Positions 30,131-41,062 are shown, counted from the first letter of the stretch. The stretch: DNA of 64,000 nucleotides from Spirochaetia bacterium (GCA_045606105.1 JAZURI010000001.1:127287-191286); one strand, 5' to 3'. Translations and numbers: made by a program. Notes: generated by a model not told the origin, from the sequence alone.

Positions 30131-30211
30131 ATTTTTTTTACATATATACAAAACTATAATTATTTTATATTATATTAATATCTACCCTATAAAAATTGTA
30201 AGAGGAAGACA

Positions 30212-31567
30212 GTGATAGCAAACAAAGAAATTAAATGTCTTGAAAATTCAAAGGTTGAACTTTCTGTTAAGGTCGGAAAAGAATTTGTTAAGAAAGAGTA
30301 TGACGAGCTCCTTGCAAAATATGCAAAGACAGCTCACATCAAAGGCTTCAGAAAGGGAAAGGTTCCTGCAGCAGTTCTTGAAAGAAAATTCGGGGATTCA
30401 CTTGTTAAGGAAGCCGGCTTTAACGTGATTGAAAAGAGCCTTGAAGAGGCACTCATCGATGTGGAGAAAAAACCACTTCCATATTTCACACCGATCCTGA
30501 AGGATGAAGAGAACCTTAAGCTTGAACTGGATTCAGACATTGAATATACAGTTGAATACGACACATTCCCTGATGTTGAACTGGGGGAATACAAAGGTGT
30601 TGAAATCGAGGTTCCTGAAGTAACAATCGCAGAATCAGACATCAACCGCGAGCTGGACAGATACAGGGAGCAGAATGCCATCGTTACAGAAAAACGGGGC
30701 GGAAAGGTAGCAAAGGACAATGTTGTTACAGTAAGCTATACCGAGGTTGACGACCAGGATCAGGAAATCAAGGGAACAGCAAGAGAGGATTTCACTTTCA
30801 CAGTAGGAACAGGATACAATTTCTACAAGTTCGATGACGAGCTTATCGGATTCAAGAAGGATGAAGAGAGAATCATCGAGAAGGAATATGCTCCTGATTT
30901 CGAATTCAAGGACCTTGCCGGAAGAAAGATCAGAATCAAGGTAAAGGTTACAAGCATCAAGAAAAAAGAGCTTCCTGAAATCACAGACGAACTGGCTCAG
31001 GATATCAGCGAAAACTACAAGACAGCTGCAGACCTCATCGAGGATGTAAAGAAGCGTCTCAACGGTGTTACAGAAATGAAGATGGAAGAGGAAAAGAGAA
31101 GACTTGCCATGGGCAAGATCATCGAAGGAACAAAGGTTGCTCCTCCTCAGGCCATGATTGATAACCAGCTGGACACAATGTGGACAAACTTTATCTACCG
31201 TTTCGGCGGCGACGAAAAGCAGGTTGAAGCACTTCTTTCCGCAGAAGGAAAGACAAGAGAAGACCTTGTTAAGGAATGGGAACCTGAAGCACTCCGTGCC
31301 GTAAAGTCACAGCTTATCATTTCCAAGATCGGACAGGCAGAGAACTTCACAGTAACAGACGAGGATCTTGATGCGGAAATCAGGGTTCAGGCAGACAGAA
31401 ACGGAATGCCGTACGAGGATTTCAAGGCTTATGTTCAGGAAAACAAGATGAACGAATACCTTACAATCGGAATCCTTGAAAGAAAGGCTTATGCTTTCAT
31501 CCTTGAAAATGCAAAAATCAAAGAGGTAGGAAAGATGAAATATCTCGACTTCCTCCATAAGGCTTGA
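30212..31567 (+). CDS. tig: Trigger factor
   Basis: GFRKGKVP ribosome-binding motif; tig-clpP-clpX order. Confidence 0.95.
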   Translation: MIANKEIKCLENSKVELSVKVGKEFVKKEYDELLAKYAKTAHIKGFRKGKVPAAVLERKFGDSLVKEAGFNVIEKSLEEALIDVEKKPLPYFTPILKDEENLKLELDSDIEYTVEYDTFPDVELGEYKGVEIEVPEVTIAESDINRELDRYREQNAIVTEKRGGKVAKDNVVTVSYTEVDDQDQEIKGTAREDFTFTVGTGYNFYKFDDELIGFKKDEERIIEKEYAPDFEFKDLAGRKIRIKVKVTSIKKKELPEITDELAQDISENYKTAADLIEDVKKRLNGVTEMKMEEEKRRLAMGKIIEGTKVAPPQAMIDNQLDTMWTNFIYRFGGDEKQVEALLSAEGKTREDLVKEWEPEALRAVKSQLIISKIGQAENFTVTDEDLDAEIRVQADRNGMPYEDFKAYVQENKMNEYLTIGILERKAYAFILENAKIKEVGKMKYLDFLHKA

Positions 31568-31577
31568 TTATTCTGAA

Positions 31578-32189
31578 ATGAATGAAAAAATGAACAATCT
31601 GGTTCCTGTCGTTGTAGAACAGACAGGAAACGGAGAAAGATCATATGATATCTATTCAAGACTGCTGAAGGACAGGATTATTTTTCTGGACGGAGAAATA
31701 AATGACCTTTCGGCAGATCTTGTGGTTGCTCAGCTTCTTTTTCTGGAATCCCAGGATCCTGAGCGGGATATCAGTCTTTACATAAATTCTCCCGGCGGTT
31801 CGGTTACTGCCGGGCTTGCAATCTACGATACCATCAAATACATCAGACCTGATGTCCAGACCATCTGTATCGGACAGGCTGCATCCATGGCGGCCGTTAT
31901 TCTTGCCGGCGGTGCGGCAGGCAAAAGATTTTCCCTTCCGTCGGGGCGCGTGATGATTCATCAGCCATGGGGCGGTGCCGAAGGGCAGTCCAGGGATATC
32001 AATATCCAGGCCCGTGAAATTCTCCGTCTCAAGGAAATGCTCATAGAATATATTGCTCAGGATACAGGCAGGTCAGCCGAAGCTGTGGCAGCCGATATGG
32101 AAAGGGATAACTACATGTCTGCTTCCGATGCCCTCGGTTACGGAATAATCGACAGGATAATGAACAAGACAAAAAATGGCAAAAAATAA
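31578..32189 (+). CDS. clpP: ATP-dependent Clp protease proteolytic subunit
   Basis: [25 protein letters not shown]. Confidence 0.97.
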   Translation: MNEKMNNLVPVVVEQTGNGERSYDIYSRLLKDRIIFLDGEINDLSADLVVAQLLFLESQDPERDISLYINSPGGSVTAGLAIYDTIKYIRPDVQTICIGQAASMAAVILAGGAAGKRFSLPSGRVMIHQPWGGAEGQSRDINIQAREILRLKEMLIEYIAQDTGRSAEAVAADMERDNYMSASDALGYGIIDRIMNKTKNGKK

Positions 32190-33417
32190 GATTCAGTGCA
32201 GCTTCTGCGGTCTTCCGGAGGAAATGGTCAGCTTTCTCGTACCGGGTATCAACGGATATATCTGTGAAAACTGCATAGATATGTGTCATACCTTCCTTGA
32301 AGAGGGGCGTAAGAACAAAAACAAAAAAGGGAAGAAAATCTCCAGACAGCCTGTATGTACAGATGTGACACCGCAGGAACTGAAGGAATTTCTCGATCAG
32401 TATGTAATCGGTCAGGATAAGGCAAAAAAGGTACTTTCCGTGGCGGTTTACAATCATTACAAGAGAATTTTCAGCAAGGAGAGGATTTCCGGCGATGTGG
32501 AGCTGGATAAGTCCAATGTTCTCATGATAGGTCCTACAGGTACCGGAAAGACACTCCTGGCAAAAAGCCTTGCAAAAAAACTCAATGTTCCCTTTGCCAT
32601 TGCAGATGCCACCACCCTTACAGAGGCAGGCTATGTGGGCGAGGATGTGGAAAATATCCTTCTCAAGCTTATCCAGGCTGCAGACGAAGATATCGAGGCA
32701 GCAGAAAAGGGTATTATCTACGTAGACGAAATAGACAAGATATCAAAGAAGGGAGAGAATGTTTCCATTACCAGGGATGTATCCGGAGAAGGAGTCCAGC
32801 AGGCTCTTCTGAAAATCATAGAGGGAACTCAGGCTTCCGTACCTCCTCAGGGGGGAAGAAAGCATCCGAACCAGGAGCTTCTCAAAATCAACACAAACAA
32901 CATTCTTTTTATATGCGGCGGTGCATTCGTGGGACTGGACAAGATCATCGAATCCAGGATATCACAGCATCCCATGGGCTTCGGTGCCGATGTGAAGCAG
33001 TCTGAGGAGAAGAATCTTTCCGAGCTTTACGACAATCTTCTTCCTGACGATCTCATCAAGTTCGGTCTTATTCCCGAATTTATCGGCCGTCTTCCTATTT
33101 CGGTATCCCTGGAGAACCTTACCAGGGAAGATATCAGAAGAATCATTACCGAGCCTAAGAATTCCATCATCAGGCAGTATACAGAAATGCTGAAGCTGGA
33201 TGATGCCGAGCTTATCTTTACCGATGAGGCGCTGGATGCGGTGGCCGATCTGGCTATAAAGAGAAAGACAGGGGCCAGAGGAATCCGTGCCATAGTAGAA
33301 AGCTTCATGACAGAGGTCATGTACAGTCTCCCTTCTGTAAAGAGACATAAAAAAGTAGTTATAGATGAAAAGGTTGTTACCGGCGAAAACAAACCTGAAA
33401 TAGAAATTAAGGAGTGA
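32176..33417 (+). CDS. clpX: Clp protease ATP-binding subunit
   Basis: CSFC Zn finger, [26 protein letters not shown] loop. Confidence 0.97.
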   Translation: MAKNKIQCSFCGLPEEMVSFLVPGINGYICENCIDMCHTFLEEGRKNKNKKGKKISRQPVCTDVTPQELKEFLDQYVIGQDKAKKVLSVAVYNHYKRIFSKERISGDVELDKSNVLMIGPTGTGKTLLAKSLAKKLNVPFAIADATTLTEAGYVGEDVENILLKLIQAADEDIEAAEKGIIYVDEIDKISKKGENVSITRDVSGEGVQQALLKIIEGTQASVPPQGGRKHPNQELLKINTNNILFICGGAFVGLDKIIESRISQHPMGFGADVKQSEEKNLSELYDNLLPDDLIKFGLIPEFIGRLPISVSLENLTREDIRRIITEPKNSIIRQYTEMLKLDDAELIFTDEALDAVADLAIKRKTGARGIRAIVESFMTEVMYSLPSVKRHKKVVIDEKVVTGENKPEIEIKE

Positions 33418-34364
33418 ACATGGAACTCAAAGGAAAATCACTTATATCACTGAAGGATTTTACACCTGAAGAAATCAGATATTTTCTTGATATAGCACAC
33501 AAGGTAAAGGACGAAAAGAAAAACGGAATCAGAAAGCAGCGCTTCCTGGGAATGACTATCGCACTTCTGTTTGAAAAGAGATCCACCAGAACCAGATGTG
33601 CGTTCGAGACCGCTTTCGGTGAAGAGGGAGGACATCCTGTATTCCTTTCAAGCTCCGACATTCAGCTGGGAGTAAAAGAAACTGTGGAAGACACAGCCCA
33701 TGTTCTGGGAAGAATGTTTGACTGTATCGAGTTCCGCGGTTTCAAGACACGCCACGTGGAGCTTCTTGCCGAGTATTCAGGTATTCCTGTAATCAACGGA
33801 CTTACAGACGATTTCCATCCTACACAGGTTCTTGCAGACCTCATGACATTGGAAGAACAGTTCGGTTCCCTCAAGGGAAAGAAGCTGGTATTCGTGGGAG
33901 ACGGAAGAAACAATATGGCCAATTCCCTTATGATCGGCTGTGCAAAGATGGGTGTGAACATTGCTATTGCAGCACCGGAAGAGCTTTTCCCTGAAACAGA
34001 GCTTGTTGAAATGGCCAAAGGCTTTGCGGCAGATGCAGGCTCCGAGGTTGTTATCACATCAGATGTGGATACAGCAGTAAAGGGTGCCGATGTAATCTAT
34101 ACAGATGTATGGGCATCCATGGGAGAGGAAGCAAAGCTTGCAGAGAGAATCAAGCTTCTCAAACCATATCAGGTAAATGCAGAGCTTATGGCAAAGACAG
34201 GAAATAAAACAGTTTTCATGCACTGTCTCCCTGCAGTAAGGGACAACGAGGTAACACCGGAAGTTATCGACGGACCTCAGTCCGTAATCTGGGATGAGGC
34301 AGAAAACCGCAAGCATACCATCAAGGCTGTAATGCTGGTACTTCTCGGAAAAGAGAACGACTGA
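33414..34364 (+). CDS. argF: Ornithine carbamoyltransferase
   Basis: STRTR, HPTQ, DVWASMG, HCLP. Confidence 0.93.
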   Translation: MNMELKGKSLISLKDFTPEEIRYFLDIAHKVKDEKKNGIRKQRFLGMTIALLFEKRSTRTRCAFETAFGEEGGHPVFLSSSDIQLGVKETVEDTAHVLGRMFDCIEFRGFKTRHVELLAEYSGIPVINGLTDDFHPTQVLADLMTLEEQFGSLKGKKLVFVGDGRNNMANSLMIGCAKMGVNIAIAAPEELFPETELVEMAKGFAADAGSEVVITSDVDTAVKGADVIYTDVWASMGEEAKLAERIKLLKPYQVNAELMAKTGNKTVFMHCLPAVRDNEVTPEVIDGPQSVIWDEAENRKHTIKAVMLVLLGKEND

Positions 34365-34373
34365 GAATAAAAT

Positions 34374-34460
34374 CGGAGAGAGTGGGATTCGAACCCACGG
34401 ACCTCCGGAGAGGTCAACAGATTTCGAGTCTGCCCGATTCGACCGCTCTCGCATCTCTCC
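34374..34460 (-). tRNA. tRNA-Ser(CGA)
   Basis: GGAGAGATGCGAGAGCGGTCGAATC, CT-CGA-AA, long variable arm, GGTTCGAATCC. Confidence 0.95.
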
Positions 34461-34499
34461 TTTCTTATATTTTAATCTTTTTTTCCCGGTATGTAAATA

Positions 34500-35117
34500 T
34501 TACCGGATAAAGCTTGTCATTACAGGGGCTTCCTTCTCAGGGAGCCCGAATTTTTCTTTACCCAGCTCAATGCTTTTCATAAGAAAGCTCATGTTTTCAG
34601 CCAGAGTCCGCATGGTCTGAAGACCCTCTGCATCCTGTCCTGCTTCTCCCGGTATACGTCCGTGAACGCTGTTCCAGTACTGGCTTGAGGCCACAGGCAT
34701 ACCGCTGATGGTGAAGTACTTGTTCAGCTGGTCGAAGGTTGCTGAGCAGCCCCCTCTTCTTGCCACGGCAACAGAGGCCCCCACCTTCATTCTCTTGTCA
34801 AATCTTGTACTGAAGAAAAGTCTGTCCAGAAGGGCAGAAAGGGTACCGTTTGCAGAGGCATAATATACCGGGCTTGCAAGCACCAGGGCATCGCATTCAG
34901 CAAATTTTACGGCAATTTCGTTTACCTCGTCATCAAATACACATTTTCCTGCCTTGAGGCAGCTGCGGCATCCCACACACCCTCTGATGGCTTTGTTTCC
35001 TATGGTAATGATTTCGGTTTCAATGCCGTTTCTGTCAAATACCTTTTTCATCTCTGCCAGGGAAGCAGCTGTATTGCCCTGTCCGTTAGGGCTTCCGTTC
35101 AGCATCAGTACCTTCAT
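34500..35117 (-). CDS. Iron-sulfur flavoprotein / NADPH-dependent FMN reductase family
   Basis: NGSP, CVGCRSC...C, SPVYY, RRGG. Confidence 0.88.
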   Translation of the reverse strand: MKVLMLNGSPNGQGNTAASLAEMKKVFDRNGIETEIITIGNKAIRGCVGCRSCLKAGKCVFDDEVNEIAVKFAECDALVLASPVYYASANGTLSALLDRLFFSTRFDKRMKVGASVAVARRGGCSATFDQLNKYFTISGMPVASSQYWNSVHGRIPGEAGQDAEGLQTMRTLAENMSFLMKSIELGKEKFGLPEKEAPVMTSFIR

Positions 35118-36211
35118 TTGTACATCTCCCATACATCATTTTCTTTTACTGTGTAGTCAAACTTCTCAAAAAGGGCCGGAATTCCGTATCTTGCGGCAAA
35201 GCTCATGGCGCTTCCGTAAACAGCATTCGGAAATACTATCCATTCTGTTCCCCATTTGTCCATATTCTCGATAGAAAGCTCAACCCTGCTGACTGCATTT
35301 TCATTCTTGTTGCTGAAAATCTGGCTGATATCGTTGAGATCGTCTCCCAGGAGCATGGCAATGTGATGCTTTTCAAAGGATACTGTTTCCGGGAAGCGGT
35401 CTGATTCAAAGCCCCTTTCCCCGGTTTCCCATTCAATCCCCTCCGCCACTGCGTTTCTGACCTTTTCCTTGCCGGAGCCCTTGAGCTTGGTGTCGTTTGT
35501 GATAAGGATTGCTCCCTCATAATAGTTTTCAGCATTCTCGCAGTTGAGAGGGAAGCCCAGTCTGTTCATGGATTCCATGGTGATATCGTAGGCAGTCTTT
35601 CCGAAAACATCATATACGGATGAACCGATTACAGTACCGTCACCCTTCCTGTAGCCGGTTTCTCCGCCGTAGCCTGCCTGGCCGGTCTTGTATCCCTGGT
35701 CGTAGCGGTTTGTTACATATACGATTGCAACTCCGTTCTCAACACAGAGTTCTGTAAATTCCAGGGCTCCCGGAAGGGCGGTGCATCCTTCGCTCTGTAC
35801 GAAATCAAAGAACGCCTTGTTGGTCCATTCTCCGTTCTTTCCCACAATGTTGGCTGTGTAGTGAACACCGTCAACCAATGTGTCGTCTATATCGCATACC
35901 ACGGCAACATGTCTGCCGTCCTTGTACAGCTTTCTGCCGTTTTCGGTTTTAACCCAGCTGTAACCGTCAATGCCCCTGTCTGCCTTTCCGGCAGCCTCCT
36001 TGATATTTTTCTTTGCTATGTTGAAGCCCTGCATCATGAGTGCATGTGCCTCCGCACTCATCTGCCATGCGGCAGCCCCTACCAGATACTCCTTGGCAGG
36101 GTCGGGAGAAAAGCCCTTGTGCTCACAAGCGGCCTGCCGGGTACTTGTACAGCCTGATACCGACAGAATAACTGCCATAACCGCAGCTGCTGCAATATAT
36201 CTTATTTTCAT
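35114..36211 (-). CDS. Class C acid phosphatase / e(P4)-like 5'-nucleotidase lipoprotein
   Basis: SVSGC lipobox, DIDDT, VTNR, GDDLND, PNAVYG. Confidence 0.8.
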   Translation of the reverse strand: MKIRYIAAAAVMAVILSVSGCTSTRQAACEHKGFSPDPAKEYLVGAAAWQMSAEAHALMMQGFNIAKKNIKEAAGKADRGIDGYSWVKTENGRKLYKDGRHVAVVCDIDDTLVDGVHYTANIVGKNGEWTNKAFFDFVQSEGCTALPGALEFTELCVENGVAIVYVTNRYDQGYKTGQAGYGGETGYRKGDGTVIGSSVYDVFGKTAYDITMESMNRLGFPLNCENAENYYEGAILITNDTKLKGSGKEKVRNAVAEGIEWETGERGFESDRFPETVSFEKHHIAMLLGDDLNDISQIFSNKNENAVSRVELSIENMDKWGTEWIVFPNAVYGSAMSFAARYGIPALFEKFDYTVKENDVWEMYK

Positions 36212-36269
36212 CTGTAACCTCCGTTTGATCAATGAAGCTTCGTTATAATATTACAAAGCATTCAGTTTT

Positions 36270-36842
36270 TCAATAAGAGATTATCATTTCAATACCTCTC
36301 TGCAGGGTTTCTCCGTCAATGGCCCCCATGGCACGGGCTGTGATATAGCCCTCCCTGTCGATGAAATAGGTGGTAGGGAGAGAACTGACACCGTAGCTCC
36401 GGGCTGCATCCATATCCTTGTCATAGAATACGGGAAAGGAATACCCTTTTTCCGAAACCAGCTTATGGGCCTTTTCCACAGTTTCCCTGGAGCCGTCTGT
36501 CATGTTTACCATGAGAAAGTTTATTTCCTTCCCTTTTTCAAGGTACTTTTTATTGAAATCCGGCATTTCCATACGACAGGGCCCGCACCAGCCGGCCCAG
36601 AAGTTCAGCACTATGGGCTTTCCTTCAAATTCAGCAAAGCGAACCTTTTTTCCATCCCTGTTGTAGACGGTAAAATGAGGGGCTTTCATCTTCTCCGGCT
36701 CCTTGCCTTCAGCTGCCGGTTCCTTTACTATCTGCTGTGCCTCTGAGGTCACAGTGTTTTTAAGTCCTGAATACATATATGTGGCAGCCACCATGAGAAG
36801 AATGAAGGCAAAGCCCAGGATAATGATTTTTTTCTTGTTCAA
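36270..36842 (-). CDS. TlpA/ResA-like thiol-disulfide reductase
   Basis: NFWAGWCGPCRMEMP; N-terminal TM; AAGGAG RBS with TTG start. Confidence 0.9.
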   Translation of the reverse strand: MNKKKIIILGFAFILLMVAATYMYSGLKNTVTSEAQQIVKEPAAEGKEPEKMKAPHFTVYNRDGKKVRFAEFEGKPIVLNFWAGWCGPCRMEMPDFNKKYLEKGKEINFLMVNMTDGSRETVEKAHKLVSEKGYSFPVFYDKDMDAARSYGVSSLPTTYFIDREGYITARAMGAIDGETLQRGIEMIISY

Positions 36843-36852
36843 TTATAGCTCC

Positions 36853-37515
36853 TTAACCCATCAGTCCCAGCAGCTTTCCCATGGTTCCCGATGCCATCAG
36901 TATACCGATCAGGATAAGCATTCCGCCGCAGACCTTGTTTATTGTTCCGTAATTCCTTTTAATGAAATCAAAGGCAGATTTCAGGTAATCAATCATCACC
37001 GCACTCAGGACAAAGGGAATTCCCAGTCCCAGGGAATAGGCGGCAAGCATCAGTATTCCTTCTGTGGCATGTCCCTGCTGAGATGCCAGCATAAGAGCCG
37101 AGCCCAGAAAGGCACCGACACATGGAGTCCATCCCACCGAGAAAATGATACCGAACAGCATGGCCGGAAAGAAGCCTGCACATCCGGCGGAAAAGGACTT
37201 GCCGCTGCCTCTGAAAAGGGTAAAGCGGAATATGCCGAGAAAGCTCATTCCGAAGAATATCACCACCAGGCCGGAAACCAGGTTCACCGCAGTCTGATGC
37301 TCCCTCAGGAAGCCTCCGGCAGTACCGGCCAATGCTCCCATGACCACAAACACAATTGTAAAGCCGGTCACAAAGCCCAGGGCTCCCTTCAATGTCTTCC
37401 CCGTACTCCTTTCACCTCCTCCCCCAAAGTAGGAAATGTAAACCGGAAGCATGGGGAGAAGACAAGGAGATATAAAGGTGATGATACCTTCAAGAAACGA
37501 TATTATGTACTGCAT
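36853..37515 (-). CDS. ccdA: CcdA/DsbD transmembrane electron carrier
   Basis: FISPCLLPM, GWTPCVG, YSLGLGIPF. Confidence 0.9.
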   Translation of the reverse strand: MQYIISFLEGIITFISPCLLPMLPVYISYFGGGGERSTGKTLKGALGFVTGFTIVFVVMGALAGTAGGFLREHQTAVNLVSGLVVIFFGMSFLGIFRFTLFRGSGKSFSAGCAGFFPAMLFGIIFSVGWTPCVGAFLGSALMLASQQGHATEGILMLAAYSLGLGIPFVLSAVMIDYLKSAFDFIKRNYGTINKVCGGMLILIGILMASGTMGKLLGLMG

Positions 37516-37709
37516 CCCTTACCACAGCCTTTTCCGAAAAATACTGATAACAACCAACCGAGAAGACCCATATAAATCATGGCAGTCCATGGTGAAGCTG
37601 TTATCGCGCAGTTGCCGCCGCAACCGGCCAGATGATAATATCCAAGTCCGAAAAGGACACCGCCCACAGTAAAAAGAACTGTTCTGAGCCACTTATACTG
37701 TTTCATCAT
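37503..37709 (-). CDS. Small membrane protein, DUF6132-like
   Basis: GGAGG RBS; GLGYYHLAGCGGNCAITASP motif. Confidence 0.7.
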   Translation of the reverse strand: MMKQYKWLRTVLFTVGGVLFGLGYYHLAGCGGNCAITASPWTAMIYMGLLGWLLSVFFGKGCGKGCST

Positions 37710-37763
37710 ACAAGACCTCCTTGATTGATCTACCTTAAATATAACAATAATCTGTCCGGTTTT

Positions 37764-37781
37764 CAGTGATGAAATCACATA
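37764..37781. promoter_or_regulatory. Putative Crp/Fnr-family binding site 1
   Basis: CAGTGATGAAATCACATA; GTGAT-N3-ATCAC core, centre 29 bp upstream of TATATT -10. Confidence 0.7.
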
Positions 37782-37834
37782 ATCTGATTTTTTCTTCGGT
37801 TGATAATAGAATATTGTTGGAGTATAATATCCGT

Positions 37835-38497
37835 ATGGAATTTCAGAGCAGCTTCCCGGTATGGGATAAACTTACACCGGCCCAGCAGAAACGGATCCTG
37901 GGCAGTGTTTCGGTAAGAAAGGCAGAAAGAGGAAAGATAATCTACAATGGCAAGGAGGACTGTACCGGTCTGCTCCTTATCAGAAGCGGTCAGCTGAGAA
38001 TATACATCCTTTCCGAAGAGGGGAGAGAGGTAACGGTCTATCGTCTTTTCGAGCTTGATATCTGTATCCTGTCTGCATCCTGCATAATGAATTCCATTCA
38101 GTTCGATGTAACCATAGAGGCAGAGAAGGATACCGAATTCTGGCTTATTCCGGCCGATGTCTATAAGGAAATAATGAAGGAATCGGCACCTGTGGCAAAC
38201 TATACCAATGAGCTTATGGCTTCCAGGTTCACGGAGGTAATGTGGCTTGTGGAACAGATCATGTGGAAAAGCATGGACAAGAGAGTTGCTGCTTTTCTGC
38301 TGGAGGAGATAGAGATAGAGGAATCTGACGATCTGAAGATAACCCATGAGACCATTGCAAACCATCTGGGGTCCCATCGGGAGGTGATAACCCGCATGCT
38401 CCGGTACTTCCAGAGCGAGGGGCTGGTGAAGGTTTCCCGGGGTGCCGTATCAGTCCTGGATAAGGGAGGGCTGGAGGCTGTCCGGGATTCCCTGTGA
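37835..38497 (+). CDS. Crp/Fnr family transcriptional regulator
   Basis: cNMP-like domain (SEEGREVT) and HTH ITHETIANHLGSHREVITRML. Confidence 0.92.
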   Translation: MEFQSSFPVWDKLTPAQQKRILGSVSVRKAERGKIIYNGKEDCTGLLLIRSGQLRIYILSEEGREVTVYRLFELDICILSASCIMNSIQFDVTIEAEKDTEFWLIPADVYKEIMKESAPVANYTNELMASRFTEVMWLVEQIMWKSMDKRVAAFLLEEIEIEESDDLKITHETIANHLGSHREVITRMLRYFQSEGLVKVSRGAVSVLDKGGLEAVRDSL

Positions 38498-38806
38498 TTA
38501 TTTAAGCATGGCGAGGATAGTTCCTTTTGCCCTTGCTCCTGTCATCTGGTCCACAATCTTTCCATCCTTGATGTAGAGCAGTGTAGGGATACTGATGATA
38601 CCGAACTGTGCAGCCAGCTCAGGCTCGATATCCACATTTACCTTGCATACCTTGATATCAGGTCTTTCTTTTGCAATTTCATCCACGATAGGGGAAACCA
38701 TTCTGCAGGGTGCACACCAGGTTGCCCAGAAATCCACCAGAACCGGCTTGTCTGACTTTACTACTTCACTCTGGAAATTTTCTTTGTTGATATTTAAAAC
38801 TGACAT
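38498..38806 (-). CDS. trxA: Thioredoxin
   Basis: VDFWATWCAPC, SIPTL; GGAGG RBS before MSVL. Confidence 0.92.
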   Translation of the reverse strand: MSVLNINKENFQSEVVKSDKPVLVDFWATWCAPCRMVSPIVDEIAKERPDIKVCKVNVDIEPELAAQFGIISIPTLLYIKDGKIVDQMTGARAKGTILAMLK

Positions 38807-38859
38807 ATTGTCCTCCTTGTTTTCTATGATTCCAATATACAGAAAAAAAAAGAAGTCGT

Positions 38860-38877
38860 CAGTGATAAAATCACATA
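38860..38877. promoter_or_regulatory. Putative Crp/Fnr-family binding site 2
   Basis: CAGTGATAAAATCACATA, 17/18 identical to site 1, same spacing to TATATT -10. Confidence 0.7.
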
Positions 38878-38955
38878 TGGATAATTTAATTGTGTTTTGA
38901 ACCGGATTGTGATATATTGGATACAGCTTATGGTAAATTTTCAGGGGGGAGTCCA

Positions 38956-40566
38956 TTGCTGAACAGGTTACAGTATACTTTTTCAAATCAGGATATTGAT
39001 TCCTCTGTCAGAAAGGTTGGTACTTTTCTTTCGGATGCAAAGGTGGAACAGCGTGAAGCTCTCAGAATAAAGCTTGCCTTCGAGGAAATGCTGCTGGAAT
39101 ATCAGTCTGAATTCGGGGAGGAAAAGAGTTTCAGGCTCAGGCTTTTCAGACAGTTTTCAGCTTTGAGGATAGAAATCGTTACGGAAGGAAAAAGCTTCAA
39201 TCCCCTGGATAAGGGAGAATCCGAACAGGTCCTGATAAACAGTCTTCTTGCAGAAATGGGAATGGCACCTGTATGGAGCTACAAGAACGGCAGGAACCAT
39301 ATGGTTTTCATCCCTAGGAAAAAGCCTGTTTCCCAGACCTGCAGGATGCTTATCGCAATACTGATGGCGGTGGTGGCAGGAAGCCTCATATCCATACTTC
39401 CCGAAAATATAGGAAAACCTGTATCAGAGCTGCTGCTTACACCTCTGGGCGAAAAATTCATAGGTCTCATAAGTGCGGTTTCAGGTCCTTTTATTTTTCT
39501 CTCCATTCTCGGGAGTATCTGCTCCATGGGTAATATTGAAACCTTTGGCAGGGTAGGAAGGAAAACTGTTTCCGTAATCTTCGTTTATTTGATGTTGTCC
39601 GGGCTGGTTTGTACCGGAATCTGTCTGCTGTTTTACAATGTCTCTCCGGGAACGGGCGGTAATTCCGATTATTCCCAGATAATCAAGCTTTTGTTTGATA
39701 TAGTGCCTTCAAACCTGTTCCAGCCGTTTATAACCGGAAATGCTCTGCAGATAATGTTTATTTCGATGATTCTTGGTATTGCCATGCTGATTCTGTCTGC
39801 CAAGGTCAATGCTGTGTTCAATCTGGTGGGACAGCTGGCTTCTGTGATGTCCATGGTGATGGGAGGACTTTCCGCATTGCTTCCGTATGTCATATTCGTA
39901 ATCTTTACCAATATGATAATAACCGATAAATTCGGTCAGCTGCTTGATTTCTGGTTGATGATTTTTCTTGTATTCATGATGTTTGTGATGTTTGTCCTGT
40001 TCATGCTGGTATGGATTGCTGTCAGGAAAAAGGTATCGGTAATCCTCCTTGCCCGGAAGATTCTGCCGGTTTTTCTTATCTGCCTTACAACAGCCTCCTC
40101 CGCAGCTGCCTTTTCCACAAATCTCAGGGATTCACATACAAAGCTGGGAATAGACAAGAGACTTGCGGAGTTCGGACTTCCTCTGGGTCAGGTAATGTTC
40201 AAGCCGAGCATGTTTCCATTTTTATGTGTCATGGAACTGGGATTTGCCCAGATGTACGGAATCCAGGTTACCGGTATCTGGGTAATTACGGGATTTATAA
40301 CTAATTTCCTGCTGTCCATTGCCGTCCCTCCGGTTACAGGCGGTGCCTTGATGGGATATACCATAGCCTTCACTCAGCTCGGAATACCTCTGGAGGTAAT
40401 GGGCATTGTTGTTGCCTTGAATGTAATCTTTGATTTTCCCGGCACCGCCATGAATACAACAGGCTGGCAGCTGATCCTTGTGGATCTGGCCGATTCCCTG
40501 GATTCCTTGGACAAGGATGTACTCAGGAATCCTACGGAGCTGTCGTTACATTGTCGCCGAAAATAG
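38956..40566 (+). CDS. DAACS (dicarboxylate/amino acid:cation symporter) family protein with N-terminal HATPase_c_2-like domain
   Basis: PSNLFQPFITGNALQI, TTASSAAA, GLPLG, AVPPVTGG; about 120-aa soluble N-terminus; TTG start after GGGGGAG. Confidence 0.8.
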   Translation: MLNRLQYTFSNQDIDSSVRKVGTFLSDAKVEQREALRIKLAFEEMLLEYQSEFGEEKSFRLRLFRQFSALRIEIVTEGKSFNPLDKGESEQVLINSLLAEMGMAPVWSYKNGRNHMVFIPRKKPVSQTCRMLIAILMAVVAGSLISILPENIGKPVSELLLTPLGEKFIGLISAVSGPFIFLSILGSICSMGNIETFGRVGRKTVSVIFVYLMLSGLVCTGICLLFYNVSPGTGGNSDYSQIIKLLFDIVPSNLFQPFITGNALQIMFISMILGIAMLILSAKVNAVFNLVGQLASVMSMVMGGLSALLPYVIFVIFTNMIITDKFGQLLDFWLMIFLVFMMFVMFVLFMLVWIAVRKKVSVILLARKILPVFLICLTTASSAAAFSTNLRDSHTKLGIDKRLAEFGLPLGQVMFKPSMFPFLCVMELGFAQMYGIQVTGIWVITGFITNFLLSIAVPPVTGGALMGYTIAFTQLGIPLEVMGIVVALNVIFDFPGTAMNTTGWQLILVDLADSLDSLDKDVLRNPTELSLHCRRK

Positions 40567-41062
40567 TAGTCCAGTCGTTTTCAATCAGATAATCCACCAC
40601 CTGAAGCATCGGCTGATAGAAGGCATCTCCGCGGATCATTCCGTTGTAGCCCTCAGCTTTGTTTTCCTTGAAGCTGTCAACCACCTTGTAATAGTCCTCG
40701 ATAGGCATACCTGCAAAAGCGGCGGCACGGGAGTGGATGTGGTTTTCCTCCATGTATGAAGGAATATCGCTTGCTTTCTTTATGGAAGCCAGTTCCTCGG
40801 CAACATCACGGAGCTTTTCAGATCTGACGGCATCAGGATTGTTCAGCACATAATCGCTGTAAAGAATCCATTCCCCGTAGATAGGGAAAGTCTCGCAGTA
40901 AAGGGTTCCGTCCAGGTCAAAAACCGCAATACGGTCCTTCTGCGGAATGAAATCGGCAGATTTTTCATCGGTTACATTGTTTGCATATTCGATAAGGGCA
41001 GCTGCCGGTACGGAATTTTCGGTCCATTTTGACAATGCAGCCTCGTTTTTGTCAACCTCGAA
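40532..41062 (-). pseudogene. Remnant of HAD-family (NapD-like) phosphatase
   Basis: DRIAVFDLDGTL and YQPML present, then an abrupt jump to C-terminal-like WTTIFGDNV; no signal peptide or RBS. Confidence 0.65.

Noticed and set aside
29869-30178. ORFs 29869-30060 and 29930-30178 (also 34059-34454)
   Set aside because: They overlap tRNA genes and are spurious translations.
39668-39680. TTATTCCCA match to the guaA 3' end as a possible att site
   Set aside because: Only about 9 bp, inside a coding region, and no integrase is present; likely chance.
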